Below are positions 34,423-47,314 of a DNA stretch of 64,000 nt, piece after piece; within the stretch, counting starts at the first letter, position 1, and each line of letters begins with the position of its first letter. The position numbers and the translations under genes are program-made. Below the pieces are notes generated by a model. That model saw only the letters and a program-made list of their open reading frames with translations, was not told the DNA's origin and searched no databases. Source of the stretch: Heterodontus francisci (lineage: Eukaryota); the NCBI RefSeq assembly GCF_036365525.1, contig NC_090416.1, positions 14,480,945 through 14,544,944 on the forward strand, in the 5' to 3' direction.

Positions 34423-36896
34423 AACGTGGGATGGAATAGAATGCAGCACAGCACCAGGAAGGACCAGGATACACAACCGCCCTCAATGCTGTTAGCACTC
34501 GGGTCAGGGCCCCCCACAATGTCAATATTTATTAAAGGAGGGAAATGTTCGACTCAATTGGTGAGGGGAGCAAATACAATTACGGATGTTTGGATGTTTC
34601 CGTGGCTGTTTTGGATGTTTCCATGGCTGACTGAGCACCGAGTAACTTTCATTTAGTTTTGAGTGTCAGCATTCAATAAAGATTACTCCGATTAGAACAT
34701 TGCTTGTTTCTCTTTCTTTAACGCTCTCGTGCACTCGCTGTCTGTCTGGCACTCTCTTGAAGGATTTCTGGGATGGCGATATCAGTTGAGGGCAGGCTTG
34801 GTTGGTAAGCAGCAAACAGCTGCCAACTTGAAGAGTGGGAATTTGTCACCTCTCTTGCATGGCAGGCCAATACGTACTTAACATTGTGTGAAAATGTGTC
34901 AGTTGGCGAAGGGGGAAGAGGAGGAGAGTTGGAACAACTAGTGCAAGTCACCAACTTAAATGCAGTGAAGAGATGGCCGACTCCCTCTAATTTTACACGG
35001 TAGAACAAGAGCCCCATCACAGGATGCTAAGTACAATAATTTACTGTTATGGCAAAGCAGGTAATGGTGTATGAGTAACAACGAGCACAATACTTAATCT
35101 ATTTTGAGAGAGCTGCAGACTGTCATCAGAGTACTAAAGCAGGTCATTCAGGCTGTCTCAATCTCCTCGAGCCACCTTGTCTAATCCCACTCTCCTGGTT
35201 ACTACCCATACCACTTAAATGTGTATTGTTTACCCCTCTCTATGGGGCCGTGTAGTTCCCATTTGCAAGTATGGGTTTTGCTTCAACGAGGGTTTGTAGC
35301 TGAGAATTCCATGTTGTAACTCCTGCTGTGCAATGTTCTTTCGCTAACTGCTGAAGGCATGGGTGTCGATGGAGTGAAGGGTGTGTTCTGTTATCTCGTA
35401 CCTAAAACCTCGCATCTGGAATCATCAAAGCTCCACGTAAAACCTCCCTGATCCCTTAACTGAACGAGCCCCCAAATATGTATTTCTATGAACATGTTGG
35501 CTGAACTCAACCCACTGCCGTGGTTTGCTTTGATTGAAAAGAACCTGGAAATTTCTGAAATTCGTCAAAAGTCTGAACCAGAAAGGCAGGTTAACTTTTT
35601 GAATAGAGTAATGGATCCCATGCAAAACACAATGGGTTAATAAAGGACCATTATATATATATATATTTTAAAAAGTACTGGGGCCAAATGTCTTGAGGGA
35701 TAGAACTAAATAAAGTTATTTTAAACTTGTGTAGAGCCTTGGTTAGCCTGCATTTGGAGTACTGTACAAAGTTCTAGTATTAACAATTATAAAGGGGATA
35801 TGGAGGCAGAGGAGAAGGTGTAGAAAAGATTTACAAGGATGAACTGTTGGCTCTCTAGAAAAGAGAAGGCTGAGGGGTGACCTGATAGAGGTCTTGAAGA
35901 TTGCGAAAAGGTTTGGCAGGATCAAGATGTTTTCACATGCAGACGAGAGCAGAACAAGGGGCCATAAATATAAGATGATCACTAATAAATCCAATAAGGC
36001 ATACAGGGGAAACTTCTTTACCCAGACAGTGGTGAGAACGTGGGAGTTGCTACCACAGGGACTGGTTGATGCAAATAGCAGCAATGCATTTAAGGGGAAG
36101 TTATATAAACGCGAGGGAGAAAGGAATAGAATGATATGCTGATGGGTTGAGATGCAGTAGGGTGGGAAGAGGCTTGTGTGGTGCATAAATACTAGCATAG
36201 ACCAGAGGGGACTGAAGGGCCTATTTCTGTGCTGTACATTCAATGTAATAAGCCCAGAGACAGCACTGCAGTCCAGAATCTTTTCTCTTTACAGTTTGTG
36301 GCCATTCTTCCCCTGTGACTCTTGAAAAGATGTGCCTGAGGGCTATTTGACTGTAGAGGGCATCACAGCTGAACCTGCTACCCCCTTCACCAGACACAAT
36401 AGCAGCTGTCTGTCAGTGATCTGGGCCTTCCTTATTCAGGGAAAAAGTGACTAATTGTAGACCCTCCGATCACTGAGATTGGCTAACCCAGGTCATGGTG
36501 ATAATAATGGTGATCTGAGTGTGTGTTTACTACCAGTGAGCCATATGGGAAGTGCAATTCAAGCATTTTATCTAAATATGTAACATATAAAATATCTTAC
36601 AGCTGCATTCACTTACGGTCAACCTTTCCTAATGTAAATCCCTCTGTCCGTATTCACAATGAGAAGTGCATGCTAGTGTGGGTGAGCAGTTTAAAGCACT
36701 GGATTACGACTCTAGTCTTTGCTGTCGCTGCCAGAATTTGAGCTGGGGTTTCTCTTTCAGTCAAAGCCTTCAAAACAGAACTGGGTAATTATCTGAAGAG
36801 AAAAAATTTGCAGGGCTATGGGGAAAAAGTTGGGGGAGTGGGACTAAGCGAGATGCTTTTGCAGAGAGCTAGCATAGACACGATGGGGCCACAGCA

Positions 36897-37220
36897 AGGG
36901 CGGCGCAGTGGCCTCACAGCTCCAGCGACCCGGGTTCAATTCTGGGTACTGCCTGTGTGGAGTTTGCGAGTTCTCCCTGTGTCTGCGTGGGTTTCATCCC
37001 ACATGCCAAAAGACTTGCAGGTTGGTAGGTAAATTGGCCATTATAAATTGCCCCTAGTATAGGTAGGTGATAGGGAAATATAGGGACAGGTGGGGATGTG
37101 GTAGGAATATGGGATTAGTGTAGGATTAGTATAAATGGGTGGTTGATGGTCGGCACAGACTCGGTGGGCCGAAAGGCCTGTTTCAATGCTGTATCTCTAA
37201 ACTAAACAAACTAAACTAAA
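36897..37220 (+). mobile_element. HE1-like V-SINE, second copy, nested in a CR1 3' end
   Basis: Nearly identical to 33272-33617 apart from two short deletions; flanks rejoin a CR1 tail (CACGATGGGGCC...TGGCCTCCTGTGCTGTAA). Confidence 0.9.
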
Positions 37221-38059
37221 TGGCCTCCTGTGCTGTAATCATTGTATGCCAAGGCCCTGGAAGAGGGTACAGATTAAATTTATCAGGGATTGAGGGGCTC
37301 TAGTGATATGGAGAGATTGGAAGAGCTGGGATAGGCCTCTTCACAGCAAGGAATGCACTACCTGAATGGGCAGTGTAATCAGATTCCGTAGTTAAAGAGG
37401 ATTAATTTGTAGGTTAATGGGGTAAAAGCTGGGGTGTGGGACTAAATTGGACAGCTCTCTCACAGGTGCGACGGGCCGAATAGCCTTCTCCTATGCTGTA
37501 AGATTCTATTCTAAGGATCTGCAAACGAATCACCCTTTTGAAATATCAACGTAAAAACTGAAATTGGGATTGAATTAAATTGCCCCCTCCAATCCTTGCT
37601 TCGTTTGGTGCAAAGCCGCAGGAGACTGACTAACTAAAAGGGATTGCATCAAAAACAAACCAACAGATCATAAAACATGGGAGCAGGAGGAGGCCATTCA
37701 GCCCCTCGAGACTGCTGCACCATTCAATGAAGGTCATGGCCTCAACTCCAATCCCCATACCCCTCCATTCCCTTAGAGCCCAGAAATCTATCGATCTCAG
37801 CCTTGAGTGGTAGAGAATTCCAAAACCTCTGAGTGAAGAAATTCCTCCTCATCTCAGTCTGAAGTGCCCGTATTCTGAGACTGGGACCCTGGGTTGTAGA
37901 CTCTCCAGCCGGTGGGGAACAGCCTCTCAGCATCTTCGCCTGTCAAGCCCTTTCAGAATACTAATAGGTAGCAATGAGTTTCCTTTAAGAGGGCCTGCGC
38001 CTTTAAGAGCGTGGCTGGAGTCAGCTGTTCGGGTCAGGTGATGTGCCAGTGTAACAGAC

Positions 38060-41000
38060 ATGACTGCGGCTGTTACACTGTTGCTGTGTTCTACTTGGTT
38101 TGTTACATTGCATCCGGAATTGGCGCAGGGAGCTGATTCCTACCGCAGACAGGTAAAGGTGGGGCTTTCGCAGGAGGGCAGAGAGTCTTAAAATGTCCCC
38201 AACAGGGAGGGTTTAAATCCGATTTAAGGAGGTGGAGCAGTGCTTCCGCCGCACATGATGTTGGAAGAATGCAAATTAGAGAGAGGGGGTGAGATGCTGG
38301 GGGAGGGGGGCGGATGGAGGAGAACGAAAGAGATAATGAGTTTATTTCACAGCAGCCCTGTATCTTGGCCCTTGTCAGATTTCTATCTAGCCGGCTGCAC
38401 TCACTGTGCCCCCGCGCTCTGAAAGAAAGGCTGCAAATTGGACCCCTCTTGTGGCTTTGTTAAAGGGACCATTATGGAAATGTTGCCCCCAAAAGGTAGA
38501 ATCAAAGCGTGGTTGCAGCACAGAAGGAGGCCGTTTGGCCCGTTGAGCTCCCTGCTAGCTCTCTGCAAGAGCAATTTAGCTAGTCTCTACTCCCCTGTGT
38601 TTTCCCTGTAGCTCTACTCATTCTGTGTCTTTCCCCTAGTTTCGTCGCCAGGACTGTGCTGATCTCTCGGTGCAACAGAAGGATGGGCCTCAGTATCTCT
38701 AGGATAATGCCTTGCGGAGCAAATTAGCTGGTGTTCCTGCTCCTAGCTGGCGTTTTATGATGGGAATTACTCCTGTGGATGGGTTAAGGATAGAACTGGG
38801 CTTGGTTTTAATGGGACCGGCCGCCAACAATCACAAGTTGTGATGTGCGTACAGAATGGCTATTCCGCCATGGGGGGAGGGAAGAGAGGAATATGTTTGT
38901 CACTTGATGGTGGGGAGGGAGGATGAATTCTGATTGGAAGGTGTTGCACCCAATTTTTTTTATTTCTTTTCCTGGGGTGTGGGCATCGCTGGCCAGGCCA
39001 GCATTTATTGCCCATCCCTAATTGCCCCTGGAGAAGGTGGTGGTGAGCTGCCTTCTTGAATCGCTGCAGTCCATGTGGGGTAGGTACACCCACAGTGCTG
39101 TTAGGGAGGGAGTTTCAGGATTTTGACCCAGCGACAGTGAAGGAACGGCCGATGTAGTTCCAAGTCAGGATGGTGTGTGACTTGGAGGGGAACTTGCAGG
39201 TGGTGGTGTTCCCATGCGTCTGCTGCCCTTGTCCTTCTAGTGGGTAGAGGTCGCGGGTTTGGAAGGGGCCTTGGTGCGTTGCTGCAGTGCATCTTGTAGA
39301 TGGTACACACTGCTGCCACTGTGCGTTGGTGGTGGAGGGAGTGAATGTTTGTAGATGGGGTGCCAATCAAGCGGGCTGCTTTGTCCTGGATGGTGCCGAG
39401 CTTCTTGAGTGTTGTTGGAGCTGTACCCATCCAGGCAAGTGGAGAGTATTCCATCACACTCCTGACTTGTGCCTTGTAGATGGTGGACAGGCTTTGGGGA
39501 GTCAGGAGGTGAGTTACTCACCACAGAATTCCCAGCCTCTGACCTGCTCTTGTAACCACGGTATTTATATGGCTACTCCAGTTCAGTTTCTGGTCAATGG
39601 TAACCCCCAGGGGATTGATGGACTGCAGAATTATTTTTTAAATCTGAGTCCCACTGAGCTTGCTGGTTCTTGGTGGAGCAGTACTGCAGTATACTTTAAG
39701 ATCAGAGGTTGACTCTCCCCAACCCTGGCTGTGCCGTAATCACCCTGGCTGGAGAACACAATGCTGGTGGGATGTCTAGTGGACTACTGCAGTGCTGCAT
39801 CCAAATTGCTGAGGCCTGTTACAGTGTTGTATCTTTCCGTGTTTATATATCTCCGCTGAGTTGACGTAATGAAGTTTGAAATGAGGAAGTCTGAGTAGAG
39901 GAATAAGCCGAATGCTGAATCGGTGACTTGGCAGATGAGATCATTTTGGAACATATTAACTGCCCAGGCTCTCTATCCCCGGCCCCTGTGCTCTGTTTCA
40001 GTTCCACATTTGACCTCGAGTTGTTAAATCAGTGGATGCAGTGCGGCTGACAATTGTGTGTGTGTGTCTCTCTCTCTCTCTCAGGTTTCCTTTGAGTTTA
40101 ATCCTGGAAGGAATACCTCCGATAATGACCCCTCTCCCGTCGTTCCGAATGTGCTCCACGTGCGGGCGGTCGGCCGCAACGACACCATCCACTACCTGTG
40201 GAGCACGCTGGGGGCCCCGACCGTCCTGCTGGTCTACACCAGCAGCCCCCGCAGCTCGCTGCACGTCAACTGGACCCAGCTGGAGCTGAGGGACCCGTCG
40301 GGCGCCGTGCGAATCGAACCCGCCAAGGCGATCGTCTACTCCACTGCCGTTATCTTCTCAAAGGTGAGTGGGGGGAGGATGAGGGAGCCTCGTGCCGCTG
40401 TTGTGACGTAGGGAGCGCAGCCGCCGATTTCCGCACAGCAAGATCCCACAAACAGCACCGCGCCGATGACCAGATCTGATTTTGTTAGTGCTGTTTGGCT
40501 GAGGGATTAACGTCAGGACACGGGGGTGGGGGGAGGGCTCTTGCTTTCCTTCGAAATGGTGATCTCTTGCACCCACCTGAGAAGGGCAGACGGGGCCTTG
40601 GTTTAACCGATTGCCCCTCCACCAGTGCGGCACCCCCTTGGCACTGCCCTGAAGCGATATCAAGTGATACGCGAGTAGCAATGACTAGAAACTCTTGATA
40701 GCACCTTTTTTTTTAAAAACCCAATAACTTGACTGGTTTGAGTTCAAAGGTTACTGGGGCTATGGTCACTATGCCTATCTGTAGTTCTCGTATTAAGAGG
40801 TTCCACTGAGTAGAACGCCTCGTTTACCCAGTCTATCTGAGGACATACACACAGGCACAGCACAATGCAGAGGCCCCTTTATTTCTCATCATATCTACAA
40901 TGTAGCAGTTTGTTCAGTTATCGAGGAAATCTTGACCAACCTTTTCAAAACTCTTACCACACACTCTGTGGAAAATGGAAACCAACTTTACCTTATCGAT

Positions 41001-44000
41001 CGAGACAGATTTCAGACTGTTTGTATGTGAGGCAACTGGAGCCCAGTAAATCGTTGACCTGACCTGAGGGAATTATTGCTACACTCTCCGCATCTTTCCC
41101 AGCCCAAGTGCGCATTCTTTATGCGGGGAATTCAACCCTGGCGGGCCTCGCACCCCTCCCTATCTCTGTCACCTCCTCCAGCCCCGACACCCCTCCCTAT
41201 CTCTGTCACCTCCTCCAGCCCCTACACCCCTCCCTATCTCTGTCACCTCCTCCAGCCCCTACAACCCTCCGAGATCTTTGCCCATCCCCCCCAGTTCCCA
41301 TCGCTCCACCATTGGCGGCCGTGCCTTCAGCTGCCTGGGGGCCCTAAGCTCTGGAATTCCCTCCCTAAACCTCTCCCTCCCCCTCTCTTCCTTTAAGACG
41401 CTCCTTAAAACCGACCTCTTTGACCGAGCTTTTGGTCGCCTGTCCCTGATATCTTCTGACGTGGCTCGGGGTTAAATTTTTGTCTGATTGCGTTCCCATG
41501 ATGCATTGTTGTTTTTGTACTCTGTTCAAGGCGCTATATAAATGCAAGTTTTTTTTTCCGTCTGCAGTCCCGCCTCTGAGCAGAGTGGGAGGGTCACTGA
41601 TCGGCGAACAGGAGTCTTGTCTGTTACGTTCCCTGTTTTTGTTTTTCCCCCCTTCTCCACCCCCCCCCCCCCCCCCCCAACAAAACCCAATGGCACTGAG
41701 GCCAATTAGTATCCCCCTGAGAGGCAGAGACGTGTGACCTGCTGGCGACTGCAGTCCAGCTGCAATCTGTGTGATCAGTGCAGGCTGGAACACGAGCAGG
41801 CCATTCAGCCCATCTAGCCACTGAGGATCTTTGACTGGGAAAGGGACGTGGCCCAGATGAGAGGGGTGGGTTATGTTCAGCACATGGAGAAATGTCTTTT
41901 TAAAGAAACGTTTTCTTCTGCCCTGTCAGGTGTTCGAATACAATGATGTGAATGACACAGCCGACCTCTCTCGGACACCGGCCAGCAGCTTCTACCCGAC
42001 CTATTGGCTGGAGGACTTCACCTGGGACGACGTCAACGCCACCCTGAACCGGAGCCGGCTGACCGCCCAGCTCCGGGGCCGCAATGCCACCGGCCAGCTA
42101 TTTGGCAACGGCAGCATCACATTCCGGGTATGTGTGTTGAGGGAGGGGTTTGTTTCCGTAGAAACTGAGCAGCTCCCCTGCTGGCTCTGTTGGCTGACGG
42201 TTGCCCGCTGGCTGGCTGGGATCCGGCAGTAAAGCCCCAGCATCCCAGGCACGAGGCTGAATCTGTGATGCCCCCGCATGCCGAATAGTTATGTCCCAGG
42301 CTCTAATGAATGGGACAGAAGAGGTTACACTGTATCTAACCCCGTGCTGTACCTGTCCTGGGAGTGTTTGATGGGGGACAGTGTAGAGGGAGCTTTACTC
42401 TGTATCTAACCCCGTGCTGTACCTGTCCTGGGAGTGTTTGATGGGGACAGTGTAGAGGGAGCTTTACTCTGTATCTAACCCCCATGCTGTACCTGTCCTG
42501 GGAGTGTTTGATGGGGGACAGTGTAGAGGGAGCTTTACTCTGTATCTAACCCCCGTGCTGTACCTGTCCTGGGAGTGTTTGATGTGGGACAGTGTAGAGG
42601 GAGCTTTACTCTGTATCTAACCCCCGTGCTGTACCTGTCCTGGGAGTGTTTGATGTGGGCAGTGTAGAGGGAGCTTTACTCTGTATCTAACCCCCGTGCT
42701 GTACCTGTCCTGGGAGTGTTTGATGGGGACAGTGTAGAGGGAGCTTTACTCTGTATCTAACCCCCGTGCTGTACCTGTCCTGGGAGTGTTTGATAAAAGC
42801 AGTTGTTTTTTGTTGTTTCTGGAGCCCATGGTAACTGACTCGTGATTCCTGTTCCCCGTTTTGAATTCTTTTAGATCGCAGCTTTCGAAGACTCCGGCCG
42901 CGATTCTTTCCTGCCTCACCTCCTGCACACCGCCAACAGCTCGAAGCTGGAGTTTGTAATCGATGGGGTGGAGCCTCGAGGGAACCAGTCCCGCTTTGCC
43001 CTCGAGCTGATTGTGCTGGAGGCGGAGGGGGTGCAGCGAGAGCTGAGGGTGTGCCACACCATTGACGATGAATACACTCCCAGCATCTTCCAGGTACCCG
43101 ATCGGCCAAGGGCTCCTGCCCTTTGCCCAGTGCAGGTTAAGCGCAAGGTCGCGTGTAGTTGTGATGCCGTCTGTGGCAGAATAGCACCCCCCCCCCCGCC
43201 ACTGAGTCTCCTCAAGTACGCCTTGGGAATCGGAGCACTCGATCTGTGACTGTCCGTGCCTCCCGAGTGCAAAATGGGAAGTCAGTCTAAAGTAGCAAAG
43301 CAATGAGAGGATTTTTTTTTTTCATTTCTATAGCGCCTGTCACAATCTCAGGCTGGCCCATGGCGCTTTGCAGCCAATGAGGCACAGTCACTGTCCTAAT
43401 GCAGGAAACCTGGCAGCCATTCTGAGCACAGCAAGCTCCCGCAAACAGAAGTCAAAATGACCGCATCATCTGTTTTAGTGCTGGTGGTTGAGGGTCAAAT
43501 ATTGTCCTGGACTGTCCCTGCTCTTCGAGACAGTAGCTGTGGGATCCTTTACACCCAGAGGGCAGACGGGGCCCTAGTTTAGTGTCACATGTGAAAGACG
43601 GCGCCTCCGACAGTGCAGCACTCCCTCAGTACTGGCACTGGGAGTGTCGGCCTGGATCTTTTTGCTGATGCCACTGGAGTAGGGTTACCGAGAGCTGCAC
43701 GCTGAAGCACGGCTGATACTTTGATAAGGGGCATGTTTGTATGGCATTGATGGATTGACGAACTCTGAACTTTGCCCCCCCTCCAATCAGATGGACAAGC
43801 TGGTGGCGAAGGTGCGTAACGAGAGCGGGGTCACGAGCTTTCTGCAGTGGAAACCGGTCGCCTACAGCTCCCCGCAGGCAGCCCGGACCAACTCCGTGGC
43901 GACCCAGCACTACGGCCCCAGGCTAGGCCGCAACCAGAGCCTACCGGCCTCCAGCATCGCCTACGCCTTCTTCGGGCCTGTCCTGCACGGGGGATCCCGC

Positions 44001-45001
44001 GTCACAGCGATGAACATCTCCTTTGGGAGCCCCGAAGGGGAGCCCTACGACACCAGCAGATACATCAGCTGGTGAGTACTGGAGAGGGATGGGGGTGGAC
44101 TCAGGTGCTGGGGGTGGGGGGGTGCTTGAGTAACGCAAGGCCTGAGGCCTAGAAGGGAGGAGGCATCATCCTGAGGTCAAACAAGAAGGAAATGGAAGGC
44201 GAGGGGCAATTGGGAAGTGGCGGGTTGATTAAATACCGTGTTTGAAGGAGGAATTGATCCCAGTTTGGAGGGAGGATGGCTGAGGAGATGGACCTGGTGC
44301 GATAATCCTGTATTTGAATGCTGGGACGAGGGATGGTGTGTCAGGGTGGAGATTGGAAGTAACTGGAGAGGGAAAATTGAGAGGATGGAGGTGAGAAAGC
44401 TGTCTGTGTCTGTGCAGAGGGACTCTGGGGGGAATTAAACTTCACCCTACCCTGAACCTGCCTGACATTGACTAACACAGCATTAGTCTGGTGTCTCTCT
44501 CTGTGTCTCTCTCCCCCCGCTACTCCCCCCTCTCTCTTTGCCCCCCCCTTCTCTCTCCCTTCCCTCCCTCCCCCTTCCCTCCCTCCCCCCCCCTTCCCTC
44601 CCTCCCCCTCTTTCTCTCTCTGCTTCCCCCTCCTCCCTTTTTGTCTGACTCCTTTTTTCCCCTCTGGTATATGTGTCCCCTCTCTCTGTTCTCCAGAGAG
44701 TGGGAGCACCCCCCCCCGGGGAGACTAAAGGAGAGGCAGCAGCTGCAAATGTGAGTCAGTCAGATCTGACGTGATCGTGTGAGCGGGGGGTTCCATATTT
44801 AACCTTTACCCTTCCTCTCCACCCTGCAGGTCAGCCCTGATTGGATACGGAGAGGCACCAGAGGATGGTTTCTCTGGGATGGTCATAGCCATTATGGCTG
44901 TGGGACTGGGTCTACCTGTCCTCCTGTTGCTGCTTGGAGGAATTACAGTCAGCATCATTCACAGGAGGCGAAGGTCCTCCAACTACCAGTCAGTCAACTA
45001 A
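38060..45001 (+). CDS. GLMP: Glycosylated lysosomal membrane protein (NCU-G1/C1orf85), 413 aa; exons 38060-38152, 40085-40363, 41930-42127, 42875-43093, 43791-44071, 44830-45001
   Basis: Signal peptide; LHVRAVGRNDTIHYLWSTLGAP, PHLLHTANSS, IDDEYTPSIFQ, FLQWKPVAYS; C-terminal TM helix and NYQSVN lysosomal YxxPhi tail; many NxS/T sites; phases consistent. Confidence 0.96.
38965..39610 (-). mobile_element. CR1/L2-group LINE 3' fragment
   Basis: YKAQVRSVMEYSPLAW..IQDKAARLIG..SLHHQRTVAA RT C-terminal motif; a second copy lies on + at about 63665-64000. Confidence 0.8.
41140..41550 (+). mobile_element. L2-type LINE 3' fragment with a short internal tandem duplication
   Basis: CCACCATTGGCGGCCGTGCCTTCAGCTG..CTGGAATTCCCTCCC..CTTAAAACCGACCTCTTTGAC..GCGCTATATAAATGCAAG. 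Related copies at about 7530-7720, 31955-32210, 32645-33240(-), 49115-49445(-), 50890-51195, 62290-62630. Confidence 0.8.
42326..42794 (+). repeat. About 70-bp minisatellite (about 6.5 units) in GLMP intron 3
   Basis: Unit TGTATCTAACCCCGTGCTGTACCTGTCCTGGGAGTGTTTGATGGGGACAGTGTAGAGGGAGCTTTACTC recurs every 69-71 bp. Confidence 0.97.
43320..43670 (-). mobile_element. Deu-domain SINE (SacSINE1-like)
   Basis: Shared core with the other copies. Confidence 0.75.
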
Positions 45002-45205
45002 GCAACTCGAGGGAACTGACCGATAAAACGCACTTTAATGCTGGAGAATTTCCATTTCAGTGTGATATCTCCTGCTGTTCAGAACCGTGGTCGTCGTTTC
45101 AACAGTGGTTTTCCGGTACATTCTGGGGTCTGGGGCGTTGGCACTGAAATTTTACGACATTTAAAATGTAATTTTTTTTTTTCTTCCCAACAGTCTTCTC
45201 CCTTG

Positions 45206-45340
45206 AGGGACAGTGTAGAGGGAGCTTTACTCTGTATCTAACCCCGTACTGTATCTGCCCTGGGAGTGTTTGATGGGGGACAATGTAGAGGGAGCTTTAC
45301 TCTGTATCTAACCCCCGTGCTGTACCTGTCCTGGGAATGT
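45206..45340 (+). repeat. Two units of the same about 70-bp repeat, downstream of the GLMP stop
   Basis: GGGACAGTGTAGAGGGAGCTTTACTCTGTATCTAACCCCG occurs twice. Confidence 0.9.
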
Positions 45341-46794
45341 TCCCAAGGATGGGCAGCTCAACCGAGAAGCTGATGAGTTTGTCTATTAAAATCTGTTACA
45401 TTTTGTCTGGGTGAGGTTGAGTTTTTAACCTTTACCCAGTCGGGGGATGCAAATACTGAAACTGTCGAGTTGGGTTCAGGTTAATTGACCCTGGGCGTGT
45501 AAAATCCGATTGCATGTTCTTGGGTTCTACAGAACAGAATGGTGACTAAGTGGAACAGTGTGCCAAAAACAACCGGGTCAAAATTACGTGGTTTTTAATC
45601 AAACTGTTTCAAGCAGCTGAATAGTTTGTACACTTGCTGTTATCTCATTAAATTAACTTTTCAGATTAGGCCGTCATTTGTGTTTGTACAGCCACACGCT
45701 ATCTCGGAAGCACATTTACAGAAAACTGTGACAGCCAGTTGGCGCACAGCAAGATCCCACACCAATGAGCAGACCTTTTTTTTCTCCCCCTCGATGTTGT
45801 CTCTCCCTCTCTTTTCCCCCCCCCCCCCCCGGCATGGATTCTCACTCAGCTGTCGGCCTTCCCCGCTGGGGCTGCTACCGCTTGTGGTTATGGCCCACGG
45901 AGTGAGGGCTTCCATGGATGAATAGCCTCCCCCGCCCGGGCTCGAACACAAATGGGACTCTGTCGACAAGGCAGTCAGTTCGCTTCACAGACAACACATC
46001 ACATCGTCGAACGCTTCAACAAACGTGCACTACATCGAAAATACTTTACACAAATGTGGCTTACCCGAATGCTAAAACATTTTTGCATTTCTCTTCTAAG
46101 CTAAGGTTGCAACTTGAAATCTGGACGAGGCTGATGCACAGGAACCTGTGACTGGGTGGGGTGTTGCCATGAGGCCTTGTTGGTCAGGCTCTTGCTAGGG
46201 CAAAGTTCCTGGGGCTGCTGCAACTGGCCTTAGCTCCTTCCTGAGGGGTAGGCCGGGTTTGCGCTGCCAATCGCTGTTTTGGGGTGGGACTGGATGGAGC
46301 CAGGAGTAGCTGTGAGGCCCCCCTTAGTCCAACAGCCTGCCAACCCCTGCCTGTGAAGAATGGGGTCGGGGGCTGCCCGGAGCTGATGCCTGACCCCGTC
46401 CAAAGACTGGGGACGCTCGCCCCCATTTTGTTCCCCTTGTGACTGGGAGCCAGCACCGACCAGGCCTTAAATCCAGAACCTTCCCTCTGAGGAAATAATT
46501 ATTTGCATTAAAAAAAACCTTTAAACTCAGATTTCACAGGGGAGGACTGAGTTCAACTTTGGGGACTTTTCTGTTAATAACTTGCCCTGTTGACTAGAAG
46601 GTTAAAGGTCATACTCCCATTGAGGAGCAGTGGGCCTACTTGGTGGTTTTTACTTAACTCTGGACCCCCCCCTGCCAACCAACCCCAATCTATGACCCAG
46701 GATAACCTGGAGTTGGCCAGAAGCCTTTGGCCTACAACTCCCACTCCAATTTTCCTTAAACTTTAGCGGGGGGGAGGGGCGCTACCAACTTGTG

Positions 46795-47025
46795 TAGGCC
46801 GCCTGGATTGCCGTGGCAACCATCCCGTTGCGGCTTGTGCGTGAGTACAACCGCGGGGAGCAAGCGGAGTTTCTGGGCAAAATCTATAAATTAAAACAAG
46901 CAAAGTAGCGAGGTCGGAAGAGCGAAGCTTGACCTCGTTGCTGCGGTTCAGATCCTTACTGACGTAGGCCCGACTTGCTTATCAAGCTCTTTCTCGGAGT
47001 TGGATAAAGCAAACATGGCCGCCCA
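46795..47025. promoter_or_regulatory. CpG-rich promoter-like patch with RFX X-box, CRE half site and YY1-like motif
   Basis: ATTGCCGTGGCAAC 46807-46820; TGACGTA 46960-46966; AACATGGCCGCC about 47012-47023. Confidence 0.45.
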
Positions 47026-47314
47026 GTGCAGAGTAAATACAAATTGTTTGGGGTCCCACAAATATATATATTTACACAGTAAAGGAGCAACATAGCAACT
47101 GTTAGATGCAAAAAGGAAAATGACCGAGGAAGGTCCGGTGGTGTTGCCCGCTGCTGTCGCAGATGGTGTTGGTCTGTTTGGGACATCCATTGAGAACGGT
47201 TGCATGATCGGCATTGCTGAAAGTGAACTCGTGTGGGACGTGGATGCTGACAACACAAAAGTCCACTCCGGGTGCGGGGCTTGGGGACTTGTCACCCCTG
47301 TGCTTCCTGTCGGG

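Noticed and set aside
38033-38042. CLEAR-like GTCAGGTGAT before the GLMP ATG
   Set aside because: Two mismatches to GTCACGTGAC including the E-box core; too weak to call a TFEB site.
44490-44700. Long C/T-rich tract giving Pro-rich and Gly-rich ORFs
   Set aside because: Low-complexity intronic polypyrimidine sequence; not coding.
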